A stretch of 64,000 nt of DNA, from positions 35,218,001 through 35,282,000 of the forward strand of contig NC_086097.1 in NCBI RefSeq assembly GCF_963921235.1. Reading direction: 5' to 3'. The notes beneath the pieces are model-generated. The model did no database searches. It was not told where the DNA came from and worked only from the letters and a program-made list of their open reading frames with translations. This stretch comes from Mobula hypostoma. Lineage: Eukaryota. Of this stretch, positions 28,031-40,892 are shown piece by piece; the first letter of the stretch is position 1; every line of letters begins with the position of its first letter. Both the position numbers and the translations under genes were made by a program.

Positions 28031-28523
28031 CTATCTTCTACCCCACACCCATTAAAGGATTTACCATTTGTTACCCCAGCCCTTCACTCCCTAGTATTTC
28101 AAATATTCTAGAAATAATCCTGTAACCCAACACTAGCCGATCTCCTCCCACTCACCAGGTTTAATCCTCTCTCCCCCGCCCCCCCCCAGTTTACTCATAA
28201 CCCTGAGAATTCCCAATCCCTTACCCCCATCCTCTCCTTCATTCTCCTCTCCTCACTTTACTCTTCTTCCTCCCTCCCTCCCTTCTTACCTTCTCCTGGC
28301 CGATACCACTAACACTGGTGTTGGTGTACAGTCACCAGCTGCCTGTCAGCATGATAAGTAAAGACAAAGGCTCCTGATCATAGTTCTTGCTGCAGCCACC
28401 CTGCCCTCCGCACTCCTCCCACTGCTCCCACCCTCACTCCTTCACTCACTTGTGTCACAACACTGAAAAATGGTAAGTACCAGAGTACACCCTGGAGGAG
28501 AAAATCGGTCAATGCTTATTATA

Positions 28524-28833
28524 AACACAAGAAAGTCTGCAGATGCTGGAAATCCAGAGCAACACACACAAAATGCTGGAGGAACTCAGCAGGTCAGGCA
28601 GCATTTATGGAAAAGAGTAAATAATGATTGTTTCAGACTGAGACCCTTCTTCTGGACTGAGAAAGCAGGGGGATTTTCCAGCTAGCCTCTTTCCCCTCCC
28701 CTCACCTTTTTATCCTGACATCTTAACCCTTTCTTCTCAGTTCTGAAGAAGGGTCTTGCCCCGAAATGTTGAATGTTTTATCTTTTCCATAGATGCCTCC
28801 TAACTTGCTGAGTTCGTCCGGCATTTTGGGTGT
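28524..28833. mobile_element. Penelope-derived inverted-repeat mini-element (older; two degenerate hammerheads)
   Basis: TSD AATGCTTATTATA at 28511-28523 and 28834-28846; the left arm is the reverse complement of the right arm. Confidence 0.85.
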
Positions 28834-31070
28834 AATGCTTATTATATTCTATGTCTGAATTTTCTTCTATTTAAATTAATAAAAGGAAACATGGTCTTGC
28901 AATTTATAGATTAGTAATTCTCCTGATGGATCCTCTCAGTGCTCTGACAACAGTCTCTGCACAAGAGATCAAGCTTAAACAAATGAAATAATAAGGTACA
29001 GCAGGGTATGTGATTCATAGTGCCAAAAGCTTGCAGTCTCTAACCTGGTCATGGCTAAATTTACAGAAAGCATAATGCCATAGCAACAACTACCTGCCCA
29101 GTATTATGCTTAAGAAGAACAGTTTGTAGAGATTGCATTTCCAAAGGAACGTTTCAGTACAATGTTCTGGCACAGATCTACTTGTGAAGGTTCAACCAGT
29201 GTGATTCTAATGCGTTCTTTGGGTGTGCACCAATCACAGTATATTGGCAGTGTTGTTCTGTGAAGTTTGAACTGGAATGGTCAACACTCCAAACAATCTA
29301 CTTGATCCCCAGTTGAAAAATGCCACAAGACCAGTTCACAGTGCCCAGTGCACTAACCTATCAATGGTCATTAGCAGTTAAATACCTAGAGCAGTAAGTT
29401 AGATGCAGACCTAAATTGATACGGATTAGCCTGGGTCTGCATCTGATTTAGATATGGCACACGTTGCCACAGCTGTGGATTGCGTCAATTAACTAAGGCC
29501 ATAAACGTGCTTCACAGGCATGCTACAACACCAAAGTTAATTTATTATCAAAGTACATTCATGTCACCATATTCTACCTGGAGATTCATTTCAACATGTG
29601 GAGAGAACCCAAACCTGCTGAGAAACTCTTAGATGCAGACTGGAGTGTGAGCTGCTCCATCACTCTGCTTCACACTTCCATATGCCTTGCAAAAAGGCCA
29701 TAAGTTTCTTTTTCATTACTTGACAAAACTTCTAGGATTTTCAGTCGCATATTCAATCCTTTGACTTTAGGTGACCGTATCCCTCCAAATCACAGCTGAC
29801 TAGAATTTTCTGATTCCCGTCTCTTCGTTCTCTCCACACTAAGTCCCTGCTTTGTAGGTCCGAGACATGCAAGTGGGAATCATGATACTAATGAGCTGGT
29901 TAGAGAAAACCACGAGCTGTGATCACCCAGTGGAGATACCTTTTCTCTTGTGGTGATGCTGAAAATTATGCTTTACTGAGTTTTGCATTTGCTTCCAGCC
30001 CATTCTAGTATAGACTATCAACCAGAAAATATAATTTAAGATTAGCTATTTTCCTTTACCCACACAAGAATGATTTCTATGATTTTCTTTTCCTGTTTGT
30101 TGTTTTTTTTATACATAACATATTACAGACCACCCAATAGTCAACGAGAATTGGAAGAGCAAATCTGCAGGGAAATAGCAAGCAACTGCAGGAAACATAA
30201 AGTTGTGGTAGGGGATTTTAATTTTTCATACATTGATTGGGACTCCCCTACTGTTAGGGGTCTGGATGGTTTAGAGTTTGTAAAATGTGTTCAGGAAAGT
30301 TTTCTAAATCAATATATAGAGGGACCAACTAGAGGGGATGCAATATTGGATCTCCTGTTAGGAAACAAGTTAGGACAAGTGACGGAAGTCTGTGTAGGGG
30401 AGCACTTTGGTTCCGGTGATCATAACACCATTAGTTTCAACTTGATCATGGACAAGGATAGATCTGGTCCTAGGGTTGAGGTTCTTAACTGGAAGAAGGC
30501 CAAATTTGAAGAAATGAGAAAGGATCTAGAAAGTGTGGATTGGGACAGGTTGTTCTCTGGCAAGGATGTGATCGGTAGGTGGGAAGCCTTCAAAGGAGAA
30601 ATTTTGAGAGTGCAGAATTTGTATGTTCCTGTCAGGATTAAAGGCAAAGTGAATAGGAATAAGGAACCTTGGTTCTCAAGGGATATTGCAACTCTGATAA
30701 AGAAGAAGAGGGAGTTGTATGACATGTATAGGAAGCAGGGAGTAGATAAGGTGCTTGAGGAGTATAAAAAGTGCAAGAAAATACTTAAGAAAGAAATCAG
30801 GAGTGCTAAAAGAGGACATGAGGTTGCCTTGGCAGTCAAAGTGAAGGATAATCCAAAGAGCTTTTACAGGTATATTAAGAGCAAAAGGATTGTAAGGGAT
30901 AAAATTGGTCCTCTTGAAGATCAGAGTGGTCACCTATGTGCCGAACCAAAGGAAATGGGGGAGATCTTAAGTAGACAACAGGAATTCTGCAGATGCTGGA
31001 AATTCAAGCAACACACATCAAAGTTGCTGGTGAACGCAGCAGGCCAGGCAGCATCTATAGGAAGAGGCGC

Positions 31071-31106
31071 AGTCGACGTTTCAGGCCGAGACCCTTCGTC
31101 AGGACT
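31071..31106 (-). ncRNA. Minimal type I hammerhead ribozyme motif (mirror copy)
   Basis: Exact reverse complement of 31126-31161. Confidence 0.8.
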
Positions 31107-31125
31107 AACGTTAGTTAACTTCGTT

Positions 31126-31161
31126 AGTCCTGACGAAGGGTCTCGGCCTGAAACGTCGACT
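31126..31161 (+). ncRNA. Minimal type I hammerhead ribozyme motif
   Basis: Stem I AGTC/GACT; core CTGACGA; stem II AGG-GTCTCGG-CCT; GAAA; palindromic ACGT stem III; GUC site with predicted cut after 31157. Confidence 0.82.
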
Positions 31162-33707
31162 GCGCCTCTTCCTATAGATGCTGCCTGGCCTGCTGCGTTC
31201 ACCAGCAACTTTGATGTGTGTTGCTTGAGATCTTAAGTAGGTTTTTTGCGTCTGTATTTACTAAGGAAACTGGCATGAAGTCTATGGAATTAAGGGAAAC
31301 AAGTAGTGAGATCATGGAAACTGTACAGATCGAAAAGGAGGAGGTCCTTGCTGTCTTGAGGAAAATTAAAGTGGATAAATTCCCGGGACCTGACAGGGTG
31401 TTCCCTCGGGCCTTGAAAGAGACTGGTGTTGAAATTGCAGAGGTCCTGGCAGAAATATTTAAAATGTCGCTGTCTACAGGTGAGGTGCCAGAGGATTGGA
31501 GAGTGGCTCATGTTGTTCCGTTGTTTAAAAAAGGATCGAAAAGTAATCCGGGAAATTATAGGCCGGTAAGTTTAATGTCGGTAGTAGGTAAGTAATTGGA
31601 GGGAGTACTAAGAGACAGAATCTACAAGCATTTGGATAGACAAGGACTTATTAGGGAGAGTCAACATGGCTTTGTGTGTGGTAGGTCATGTTTGACCAAT
31701 CTATTGGAGTTTTTCGAGGAGGTTACCAGGAAAGTGGATGAAGGGAAGGCAGTGGATATTATCTACATGGACTTCAGTAAGGCCTTTGACAAGGTCCCGC
31801 ATGGGAGGTTAGTTAGGAAAATTCAATCGCTAGGTATACATGGAGAGGTGGTAAATTGGATCAGACATTGGCTCAATGGAAGAAGCCAAAGAGTGGTAGT
31901 AGAGAATTGCTTCTCCGTGTGGAGGCCTGTGACTAGTGGTGTGCCACAGGGATCAGTGCTGGGTCCATTGTTATTTGTCATCTATATCAATGATCTGGAT
32001 GATAATGTGGTAAATTGGATCAGCAAGTTTGCTGATGATACAAAGATTGGAGGTGTAGTAGACAGCGAAGAAAGTTTTCAGAGCCTGCAGAGGGACTTGG
32101 ACCAGCTGGAAAAATGGGCTGAAAAATGGCAGATGGAGTTTAATGCAGACAAGTGTGAGGTATTGCACGTTGGAAGGACAAACCAAGGTAGAACATACAG
32201 GGTTAATGGTAAGGCACTGAGGAGTGCAGTGGAACAGGGATCTGGGAATACAGATACAAAATTCCCTAAAAGTGGTGTCACAGGTAGATAGGGTCGTAAA
32301 GAGAGCTTTTGGTACATTGGCCTTTATTAATCAAAGTATTGAGTATAAGAGCTGGAATGTTATGATGAGGTTGTATAAGGCATTAGTGAGGCCAAATCTG
32401 GAGTATTGTGTTCAGTTTTGGTCACCAAATTACAGAAAGGATATTAATAAGGTTGAAAGAGTGCAGAGAAGGTTTACAAGGATGTTGCCAGGACTGGAGA
32501 AATTCAGTTACAGAGGAAGGTTGAATAGGTTAGGACTTTATTCCCTGGAGCGTAGAAGAATGAGGGGAGATTTGATAGAGGTATATAAAATTATGATGGG
32601 TATAGATAGAGTGAATGCAAGCAGACTTTTTCCACTGAGGCAAGGGGAGAAAAAAACCAGAGGACATGGGTTAAGGGTGAGGGGGGAAAAGTTTAAAGAG
32701 AACATTGGGGGGGGTGGCTTCACAAGAGAGTGGTGGGAGTATGGAATGAGCTGCCAGACGAGGTGGTAAATGCGGGTTCTTTTTTAACATTTAAGAATAA
32801 ATTGGACAGATACATGGATGGGAGGTGTATGGAGGGATATGGTCCGTGTGTAGGTCAGTGGGACTAGGCAGAAAATGGTTCAGCACAGCCAAGAAGGGCC
32901 AAAAGGCCTGTTTCTGTGCTGTAGTTTCTATGGTTCTATGGAGCCAGGTGTATGGTCTGCAAGGATTAGCCTAAGCATTTATGCATTTGTAAATCAGAAA
33001 GCAGATACAGTGAGAGGCACGACCTTAATCTGAGTGATTGACTTTGAGAGGCCACTACTGCTGCGGTGCTAATCAAGAGTAAGAGGGGAATATTATAGAG
33101 AACAGGATAATAAAATGTAAGATAAGAATATTCTTTAAATAATAAATGGTGTGAGGCTTTAGCAGATGCACTCTTTGCAGTGAACGGTGTGTCAGGATTT
33201 ATGTGATTGAATCACAGTAGTAGATAAAGGTTAGTACATTGATGAGAGCCTCCGGGAGCTTGCTGTCACAAGTGGTAAGACCCAGGCATTGACATGATGG
33301 CACGATTCAGCCATTCCTAGAATTACCAAGTCTTAAGGGAGATTGTTTTACAGTTGCAGCCCTCTGCGGATTGCCATTTCCCACCTTGATAGCCACTGGT
33401 GTACTGTGTACAGAAATCCCAGGTTAGGCATTATGTTCCTGAAATTTTAAGTCCCAACGTAAACAGTGCAATATATATCTCTGAAAAATGCATAATAAGT
33501 CTCCAGGGACACATGCCTTGCAAGTTTATCAGCTCGCAGAATGGATTTCCATTATCTGAATGATCAACACAATGGAAATGCATATGGATACACTAGGATA
33601 TGCCTCACGGAAGGTTCCAGCAGGAAGTGAAACTTAATGGCAATCTGTTTGTCAGCAATAAAATTGTCATGTTTTAAAATGAGCTCAAAGAAATTCCAGT
33701 AACTCTT

Positions 33708-34162
33708 ATCAGAATCGGGTCTATTATCACTGGCATGTGATGAGAAATTTGTTAACTTAGCAGCAGCAGTTCAATGCAATAGATAATCTAGCAGAGAGGA
33801 AAAAATAATAGTAATAAATAAAATAAAACAAAACATAATAAACAAGTAAATTAATTATGTGTCTTAAATAGATTTTAAATGTGCATAAACAGAAATACTG
33901 TATATTTAAAAATAAGTGAGGTAGTGTCCAAAGCTTCAACGTTCATTTAGGAATCGGATGGCAGAGGGGAAGAAGCTGTTCCTGAATCACTGAGTGTGTG
34001 CCTTCAGACTTCTGTATCTCCTACCTGATGGTAACTGTGAAAAAGAGGCATGCCCTGGGTGCTGGACGTCCTTAGTAATGGATGCTGCCTTTCTGAGGCA
34101 CCGTTCCCTAAAGATGTCCTGGGTACTTTGTAGGCTAGTGCCCAAGATGGAGCTGACTAGAT
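33708..34162 (-). mobile_element. Rex1/Babar-type LINE 3' end
   Basis: TCAGAA tail; GGGAAGAAGCTGTTCCTGAATC and CCTGATGGTAAC motifs; related copies at 39270-39633 (+) and 49960-50965 (-). Confidence 0.7.
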
Positions 34163-34989
34163 CCTTAAAGGGTTTGAATACCCAGCAAAGAAGATTTCCA
34201 TAGGTATTCCCATATTGATCTTTTTCTTATTGACCTGGTGTAATATTGTTTGGGATGAAAAATCATCTGTTACTTTTAAACGACCAGTGTGTTTACAGTT
34301 TTTAACATTAAATGAATGAAGTAGAACTATCAGCTTTTCTTCCTCTAAATGGTCAGTGCCTCTACTTCCATTTGCTTTTGTCTCCATCATCTCTTTTGCT
34401 TCAGGAGTCTTCCCTCCCTTCTTACACATTCTCTGTTAACACATCTTCCCTTTCTTCACCCAATTCTTCTGTTTTTCTCTTGGAAGTGCAAAACTCTTAT
34501 CATTCTTTCCCAGTGCTATTTTCAACCAACTATAGCCATTTCCACTTGTAAGTGGCCTGTTCTTTCCCCCGACTGGCTGCCTTTAGTTTGGCTGTCCAGC
34601 TGTATATTTTGGCATCCTATCAGTAAGGTAGGAAGAGTAGCACCCTTGAAACATTAATATAATCGAGTCATAGAATACTACAGCACATAAACGGACCCTT
34701 TGGCCCATCTAGCCCCTGCCGAACTATTAATCTCTTTAGTCCCACCAACCTGCACCTGGACCATCCACGTTCCTCTCCAAATTTCTCTAAAAAGGTCGAG
34801 ATCAAACCTACATCCCCCCACTTCCATTGGCAACTTGGTGATGCCTGACTGACAGATTTTCTAGATTGACAGATCTAACTTCTATTGCTGACCCAATGCA
34901 CATTCAATTTGTTTTTTTTTATTAGATGTTACCTGTTGATATAATAAGTAATTAATATAAAGTTGTAGTACTACAAATAGTTTGGGGAA

Positions 34990-35203
34990 ATAGGACCTCA
35001 GTGAGTTTGGGGGGGGTGAAACTGGGCTCTAGTGAATTTAAAGAGGGTGTGGTAACTGGGGCCTCAGCAAATTTATAGGGAGCAGAGCAAGCAAGGTATG
35101 GTGAATTTAAAGAGAGCACTGGAAATAGACCCCTGGTGAATTTAAAGAGGGTGTAGGATTTGAGGCCCCAGTGAGTTTAAAAAGAGCATGGAAAAAGAGG
35201 CCA
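34990..35203. repeat. Degenerate minisatellite, about 35-bp unit, about 6 copies
   Basis: GTGAATTTAAAGAG-like core starting at 35001, 35032, 35067, 35101, 35136 and 35171. Confidence 0.75.
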
Positions 35204-37159
35204 AAGTAAGGTAGATGCCTAACTATCTATATCAAAAAATCACCAAGTGGATTATTTGACAGAGTTGAAATCCAGAAGTTGTCATTGAGTTTTTGTTGAG
35301 AGGTGGTACTTATCAAAAAAAATAATTTTCAGCGTCACAGTGGAAAAACAACTATTGCTTTTTAATATTTCCAGGCATGAACTGCCCTTTGCAAATTGTA
35401 TTATTTTTATCAGGCCAATTATATTAAATCTGGACATCTCCATAGTCTTATACTATCTTCGTCTACAGCAGCTAATTAAGCTAGATACTCAGCTTAGGTC
35501 CTGACCCCTAACAATGGAAAAAAAACATCATTTTCCAGAATGAGTTATTTTGGAAATGCTGAATTTGATTGATTTAACATTAAAAACTAATTAGCTGGTG
35601 TTGATGGCTTTATGATGAAACTTGTTTTTCTAAAATTAAAAGTGGTTACATTTAAATTCTGCTTATTAGTGAAGCTGAAAATTATCCACAGCTGTTTAAG
35701 TATTCAGTGGTCATACATATGATTAGAACAAATATCCGAGTCAAGCAGGAATTAAATAATTGTTCTGCTGTTCCCCCTTTCTAAAGTATGAACAATTAGA
35801 CAATAAGTTTTGAATGTAAATATGTCAAATAATAATTTTAAAATAGTAATTCAAATGTTAAAGAGATTTTTAAACAATTCAATTATTTATCAACAGTCTT
35901 TGCACTACCGATATACAAAATTTTGAATCAAAGACTATGCATCTTTATTCATTGATGTCAATTACTGAGAATGTAACTCTTAAACTGAGAGTGGTCACAA
36001 CATACATAGAAGGTAAAATATGATGTATACAATTATTTATCGTTTGAAAAGGGGAAATTTCAGCAGAGAAGCTTGTTAATAATCATTTGTAATAATGGAA
36101 TGCTACTTAGCATAAAATTAAGTGTATTGTCTGCCAATCATATATTTAATGGATATGCAAATCATATAAAATGAATTGGATAATCTGCTTGTTTTCACAT
36201 TTTCAAAAAATAGAAATAAAAGCATTTCTGGCACTGCTGCAATTGTGCTAAGCTATGCCAGTAAAAAAAAATTTCAAGATAAAATCATTAATTTTGTCAC
36301 ATTGTAACTAGATTCAAATATATTCCTACATTTGATTCTTATGGCTATTTTATATTCAACCAGTATACATAGAAAATTAGACATACAAATGGACTTTGTC
36401 TGTGAGGAATTCTTTAACGGAAGCATGTACTGAACTGTTTAATTTTATTTTACATCATTAGAACTGCCAATATTTTTATCTGCTACAGTCAGGGAGAAAT
36501 AACAAGTTCAGTTTGTGATTTGCACACATCCAGAGATGTGAAAACAATGATTAAGAATGGAGCAGGTAGAATAAAATGCCAAAAAAATCATCTGATCAGT
36601 CTATTTTTAATTTATTAACAGAAGGAGTTTGCAGGTTAATTTGCAAAAGGACAATCTATCTTAATAAAGACATCATAAGTGTGATTTTTCAAAAATACAA
36701 ATTAATAGGTTTATTTTTACCTCTACTTCCTTTCCCAAACCAAATTTATTTGCATAATATGAAATATTTTTGAGGTGCAACATTCAATAAATCAGCACAT
36801 TAGACTTCTTATCATCGTGATAATTAAATTCCGTAGGCCTTGCTCAGAGGTTATTTGGCCCTTGTGAGCTGAGCACTTATCAATGCCAAAGGCTAAGTGT
36901 TATTTTTTAACTTTGATCTTGGCTTTACCAGAGTTGTTGCCAAATACAGCTAGAACATTTTTTTTGCTGTGGTATCACTAATATTTTCATGGTTCAAAGG
37001 GTACATTCTTGTTAAATAATTTGACAGTGCAGTTACAATAATCTCTTCAGCCATTCCTTTCTCTGGCCATGATTTGCTTCACACTGTCAGTTGTAATCAA
37101 GCTGCAAATAAAGTCTCAATTTCTGAGAGTCTATATTGTGCTCTAACAGTCTGAAATAA

Positions 37160-37330
37160 AAGCCCCAAAATGCTGGAAACACTCAGAAGGTCAGGAAGCA
37201 AATGGAGAAAGAGAAACAGGTTAGAAACCTGAGGCTAACAACAAAAGATTTCTGACCTGTTTCTCTTTCCACAGATACCGCCTGACCTTTTGAGTTTTTC
37301 AAACATTTTCTCTTTCTTTAGATCTGCAAT
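37160..37330. mobile_element. Old Penelope-derived inverted-repeat element
   Basis: AAAGAGAAACAGGTTAGAAA pairs with TTTCTGACCTGTTTCTCTTT; ATGCTGGAAACACTCAG at one end and TGAGTTTTTCAAACATTTT at the other. Confidence 0.65.
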
Positions 37331-38491
37331 TTTATTTTCAATTTGCTACTTCAGTTCAACATACCTTTTAGGGTACTCTTCCAAAGCAATAATTAAAATA
37401 ACTTGGGTGTTACTACTAAGAATTACGTGCTTGCCGTAAAGGGAAAATCTATGCTCGCTGTACTGTTTTGTGCTCCTTTTGTACACACATACAAATTCTA
37501 CCCTCTTTTCTAATTGCACAACTGATTTCTGTCAGAACATCAGTCAGCTTATAGCTATTACTTGTACTGATATTATCATCTGTGTTTTCATCCAGTAGAC
37601 ATTTACTTATTAATATTGAAATCCAGACACATAATAACTGCTTTTAACCTTAACATTAGGCTGTGTTTAAAAACTCCATCTGTTTCTGTGGCGAGCATTT
37701 TGTTTTGAGATTACTATGTCATGATGGCATGGGATGGTGGGAGGGAGGAGAGATGTGGAATGAAGGGCTGAGGAACTGAAGAAAAATTGTCCAACCTTTA
37801 AATGCCTCTTATAACTGTAGGGAAAAAAATCATCTCAATTTCTTGCAGAAGCCCAGTGTCTGACAGGAGTTGCATAGAATAATTAATGGCTTTTGAACCT
37901 GAAAGCTACCTGTCACAAGCACAGACAAATTGGTGAATTCTTGCTGCCTTTATTGTGATTTCAAATATCCTCAAATACTTACGCCTAACTTACTGTTAAA
38001 TGAATGACTCGTACTTTATTATTACACAGGATCAGAAGGTTATCTCAAATTTTTATTTGTGTGTGTGTGCGGAATTATATTATTGTATATGGTTCTTTCA
38101 AAATCTTAATTAAAAGTAACATCAATGCATTTGATTATTAATCCCTCCCCTATGATCCATAGCCTCAATAAATCTGGGTTACGAGGGTTCCAACAATTGC
38201 TGCATTAATGGAAATGCTGCGGAAATCAGAATTTAAAGTTCATAATTTAAACTAAAGGTCTAGACATTGGAAGACTGAAAGTAAATAGGTAATACTTCCA
38301 CAGAAAAATCACAGGTATGATGGGCCAAATAGACTACACCTGTCTTATATAATTCAGATTCTGTTTGCATGATACCTGTCAACAACTAAAATTATATTTG
38401 GCTTTGTCTTTAATAACAACATCTGGATAATTCCCATTACCCCATATACCTGGCCTGTGGAGAATAACGAGTTGAAGGAGGTTGTTGTTCT

Positions 38492-39052
38492 AAAGTTCAA
38501 TGTAAAATTTATTATCAGAATACATACAAGTCACCACATACAACCTGAGATTATATTTCCTGCAGACACACTCTGCAAATCTATAGGACAGTAACTGTAC
38601 AACAAACAGCAAACTGTGTAAATACAAATATAAATAGAAAAACAGTAACAAGATAAAGAGTCCTTAAAGTGAGACCATCAGTTGCGGGAACACCAGAAGT
38701 AGAATGAATGTAGTTATCCCCTTTTGTTCAAGAGCCTGATGGTTGAGGGGCAGTGACTGTTCCTGAAGCTGGTGGTGTGAGTCCTGAAGAACTTGTACCT
38801 TCTGCCTGATGGCAGCAGTGAGAAAAGCACATGGCCTGGGCGGTGAGGGTCTTTGATGGATGCTGCTTTTCTACGTGATGTTTTATGGAGATGTGATCAA
38901 TGGGGAGGGTTTTACCCCGTGATGTACTGGGCCAAATCCGCTACCTTTGTAGAATCTTCCGCTCAAAGGCATTGGTGTTCCCATACCGGTCCATAATGCA
39001 GCCTGTCAGCACTCTTTCCACCATGCACCTTTAGAAGTTTGACAAGGTTTTT
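38492..39052 (-). mobile_element. Rex1/Babar-type LINE 3' fragment
   Basis: GAGCCTGATGGTTGAGGG...CTTCTGCCTGATGGCAGCAG...GGCATTGGTGTTCCCATACC. Confidence 0.65.
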
Positions 39053-39269
39053 GTCTAGTCTTAAGATTTGAGTCGTAAATCTGAATTTTCTTCAGGTTGT
39101 GAATGAAAGGTGGAACAAACCAAGCCCTCTGAAGGGGTGGGCAAGTTTAGATAGGAAATCAAATCTGCGGGTGACTGTGCAGAATAAAAAAAAAGTTATT
39201 TGTGGAAGGAGGAACATTTTGGTCCGAGGATTAAATTAGCTTCATCTTCAAGGAGTGGTGTCTCAGAAA

Positions 39270-39633
39270 GGCAGCGTCCATTATTAAGGACCTCCAGCAT
39301 CCAGGGCATGCCCTTTTCTCACTGTTACCATCAGGTAGGAGGTACAGAAGCCTGAAGGCACACACTCAGCGATTCAGGAACAGCTTCTTCCCCTCTGCCA
39401 TCTGATTCCTAAATGGAATTGAACCCTTGGACACTACCTCACTTTTTAAAAACATATAGTACTTCTGTTTTTTGCAAGATTTTTAATCTATACTGTATAT
39501 TCAGTATACTGTATAAAGTATACTGAATAAGATTTATTATTTTTTCTTCTAGATTATGTATTGCATTGAACTGCTGCTGCTAAATTAACAAATTTCACAT
39601 CACATGCCAGTGATAATAAACCTGATTCTGATT
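39270..39633 (+). mobile_element. Rex1/Babar-type LINE 3' end
   Basis: Reverse complement of the 33708-34100 copy; GATTCT-repeat tail. Confidence 0.7.
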
Positions 39634-39824
39634 CACTGCTTGTCCCTCTAAATGAATTCACAGACATTCTGGTCATATCCATTATCTGAGCAACATTAAT
39701 TAATGAACAAGAGGTTGCTGACACTCAAAGGATTTCAAAGTAAAATTAAATGTAATTTAATAAGATGGAGAGGGAATTAGTGGATATTGATTGCCTTGAT
39801 TAGCAAAGCCTGTAAGGAATTTAT

Positions 39825-40017
39825 TTGTTCTCCTGGTGGCTGCTTGAGTTTCCTCCGGGTGCTCTGCTTTCCCCCCACAGTCCAAAGATATACCAGTCGG
39901 CAGATTAATCGGTCATTGTAAATTGTCCCATGATTAGGCTGGGATTAAATCGGGGGATTGCTGGGCAGCATGGCTTGGAGGGCCTATTCTGTGCTGTAGC
40001 TTAATAAATCAATAAAT
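39825..40017 (+). mobile_element. V-SINE (HE1-like) fragment
   Basis: GTTTCCTCCGGGTGCTCTGCTTTCCCCCCACAGTCCAAAGA core; 3' GGGCCTATTCTGTGCTGT and AATA tail. Confidence 0.65.
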
Positions 40018-40892
40018 AGATGTTGTAGTAGTATTATGTTTTTTTCAGTTTCTAACATTAGGTTTCTGAGTTTTATTTCATGCTGATCAAAACTTCTGTA
40101 ACGCTAGAGCAGGTTATTATAGGATAGACGATATAAAGATGGACCTGAATATTTTACCACAAATTGACTATTTCAAAGCGTTAATTGCAGACAGAGATTG
40201 TATCCAAATCCAAAACAGTAACCTAAATTGTATATTTTTCGGATTTGGCTGGTGTAAGGGACAGAATTTTTAGTGGCTGAAATATCAAACTGTTGTTATG
40301 AAATGTATTCAGTAGTTTGAAAGGTAATTTACTTTGAACTTTGACTGATCTCTGAAAGAATTAGGGTTAAGTTGAGGCTGCAGATTGGTTCTAAAATGCA
40401 GAGCTGTTTATGCTTTTGGGTTGAACATACTCTTCTAATTACTCGCATCCATACATGATAGTACCCACATGTGCTTAATTCATAATGGACTTGAAGAAGA
40501 AAGACAATAAAAACAGGCTGCCGATATTACACAAATCCCACAATGGTATCAACATCAGTAGAGCAGAGTGTAAAATAATCATTTGCTCATATAATTTTTG
40601 GACCAAATTTTACCCTGATATCGTTACGTCAGCTGGCAGAATGCACTGCAATTGCAAATAAACACTTCTGGTAAAAAGCACATCGGAAAAATAATATAAA
40701 AGACAATATACAGTAGATTAAGGTCTATTAGTTCATGTTGGTTTTTACAAATTTAATTTAACAATGAATAAATCATTGTCAGAATTCTAAAAATATCAGA
40801 AAGAATATTGAATAAAGAGGGCCATATGACTTGGTGCCTGACCTTAAGCGCATCACACCTGCACCATTTAATCCTCCAAGGGTCACAGAAAA

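Larger units (their letters stand above)
30975..31226. mobile_element. Penelope-derived palindromic mini-element with 14-bp TSD
   Basis: TSD GAGATCTTAAGTAG at 30961-30974 and 31227-31240; perfect 107-bp inverted arms 31004-31110 and 31122-31228 around an 11-nt spacer. Confidence 0.93.
30121..32941 (+). mobile_element. Young CR1 LINE (APE endonuclease C-half plus RT), interrupted by a Penelope palindrome
   Basis: YYRPP, VGDFNF, LDLLL, GSGDH, then [24 protein letters not shown]; few disablements; TTCTATGG tail. Confidence 0.93.

Noticed and set aside
30930..31236. Overlapping + and - ORFs containing the same peptide (VNAAGQAASIGRGAVDVSGRDPSSGLT)
   Set aside because: A direct consequence of the DNA palindrome. 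The 388-aa ORF is CR1 ORF2 reading through into the insertion, not a novel fusion gene.
34990..35203. Repeat-spacer-like periodicity suggesting a CRISPR array
   Set aside because: Vertebrate intron, degenerate repeats, linkers related to each other and no cas genes; it is a minisatellite.
39498..39529. 13-bp perfect hairpin TATTCAGTATACT/AGTATACTGAATA
   Set aside because: Lies in a low-complexity part of a Rex 3' UTR; most likely a local template-switch duplication.
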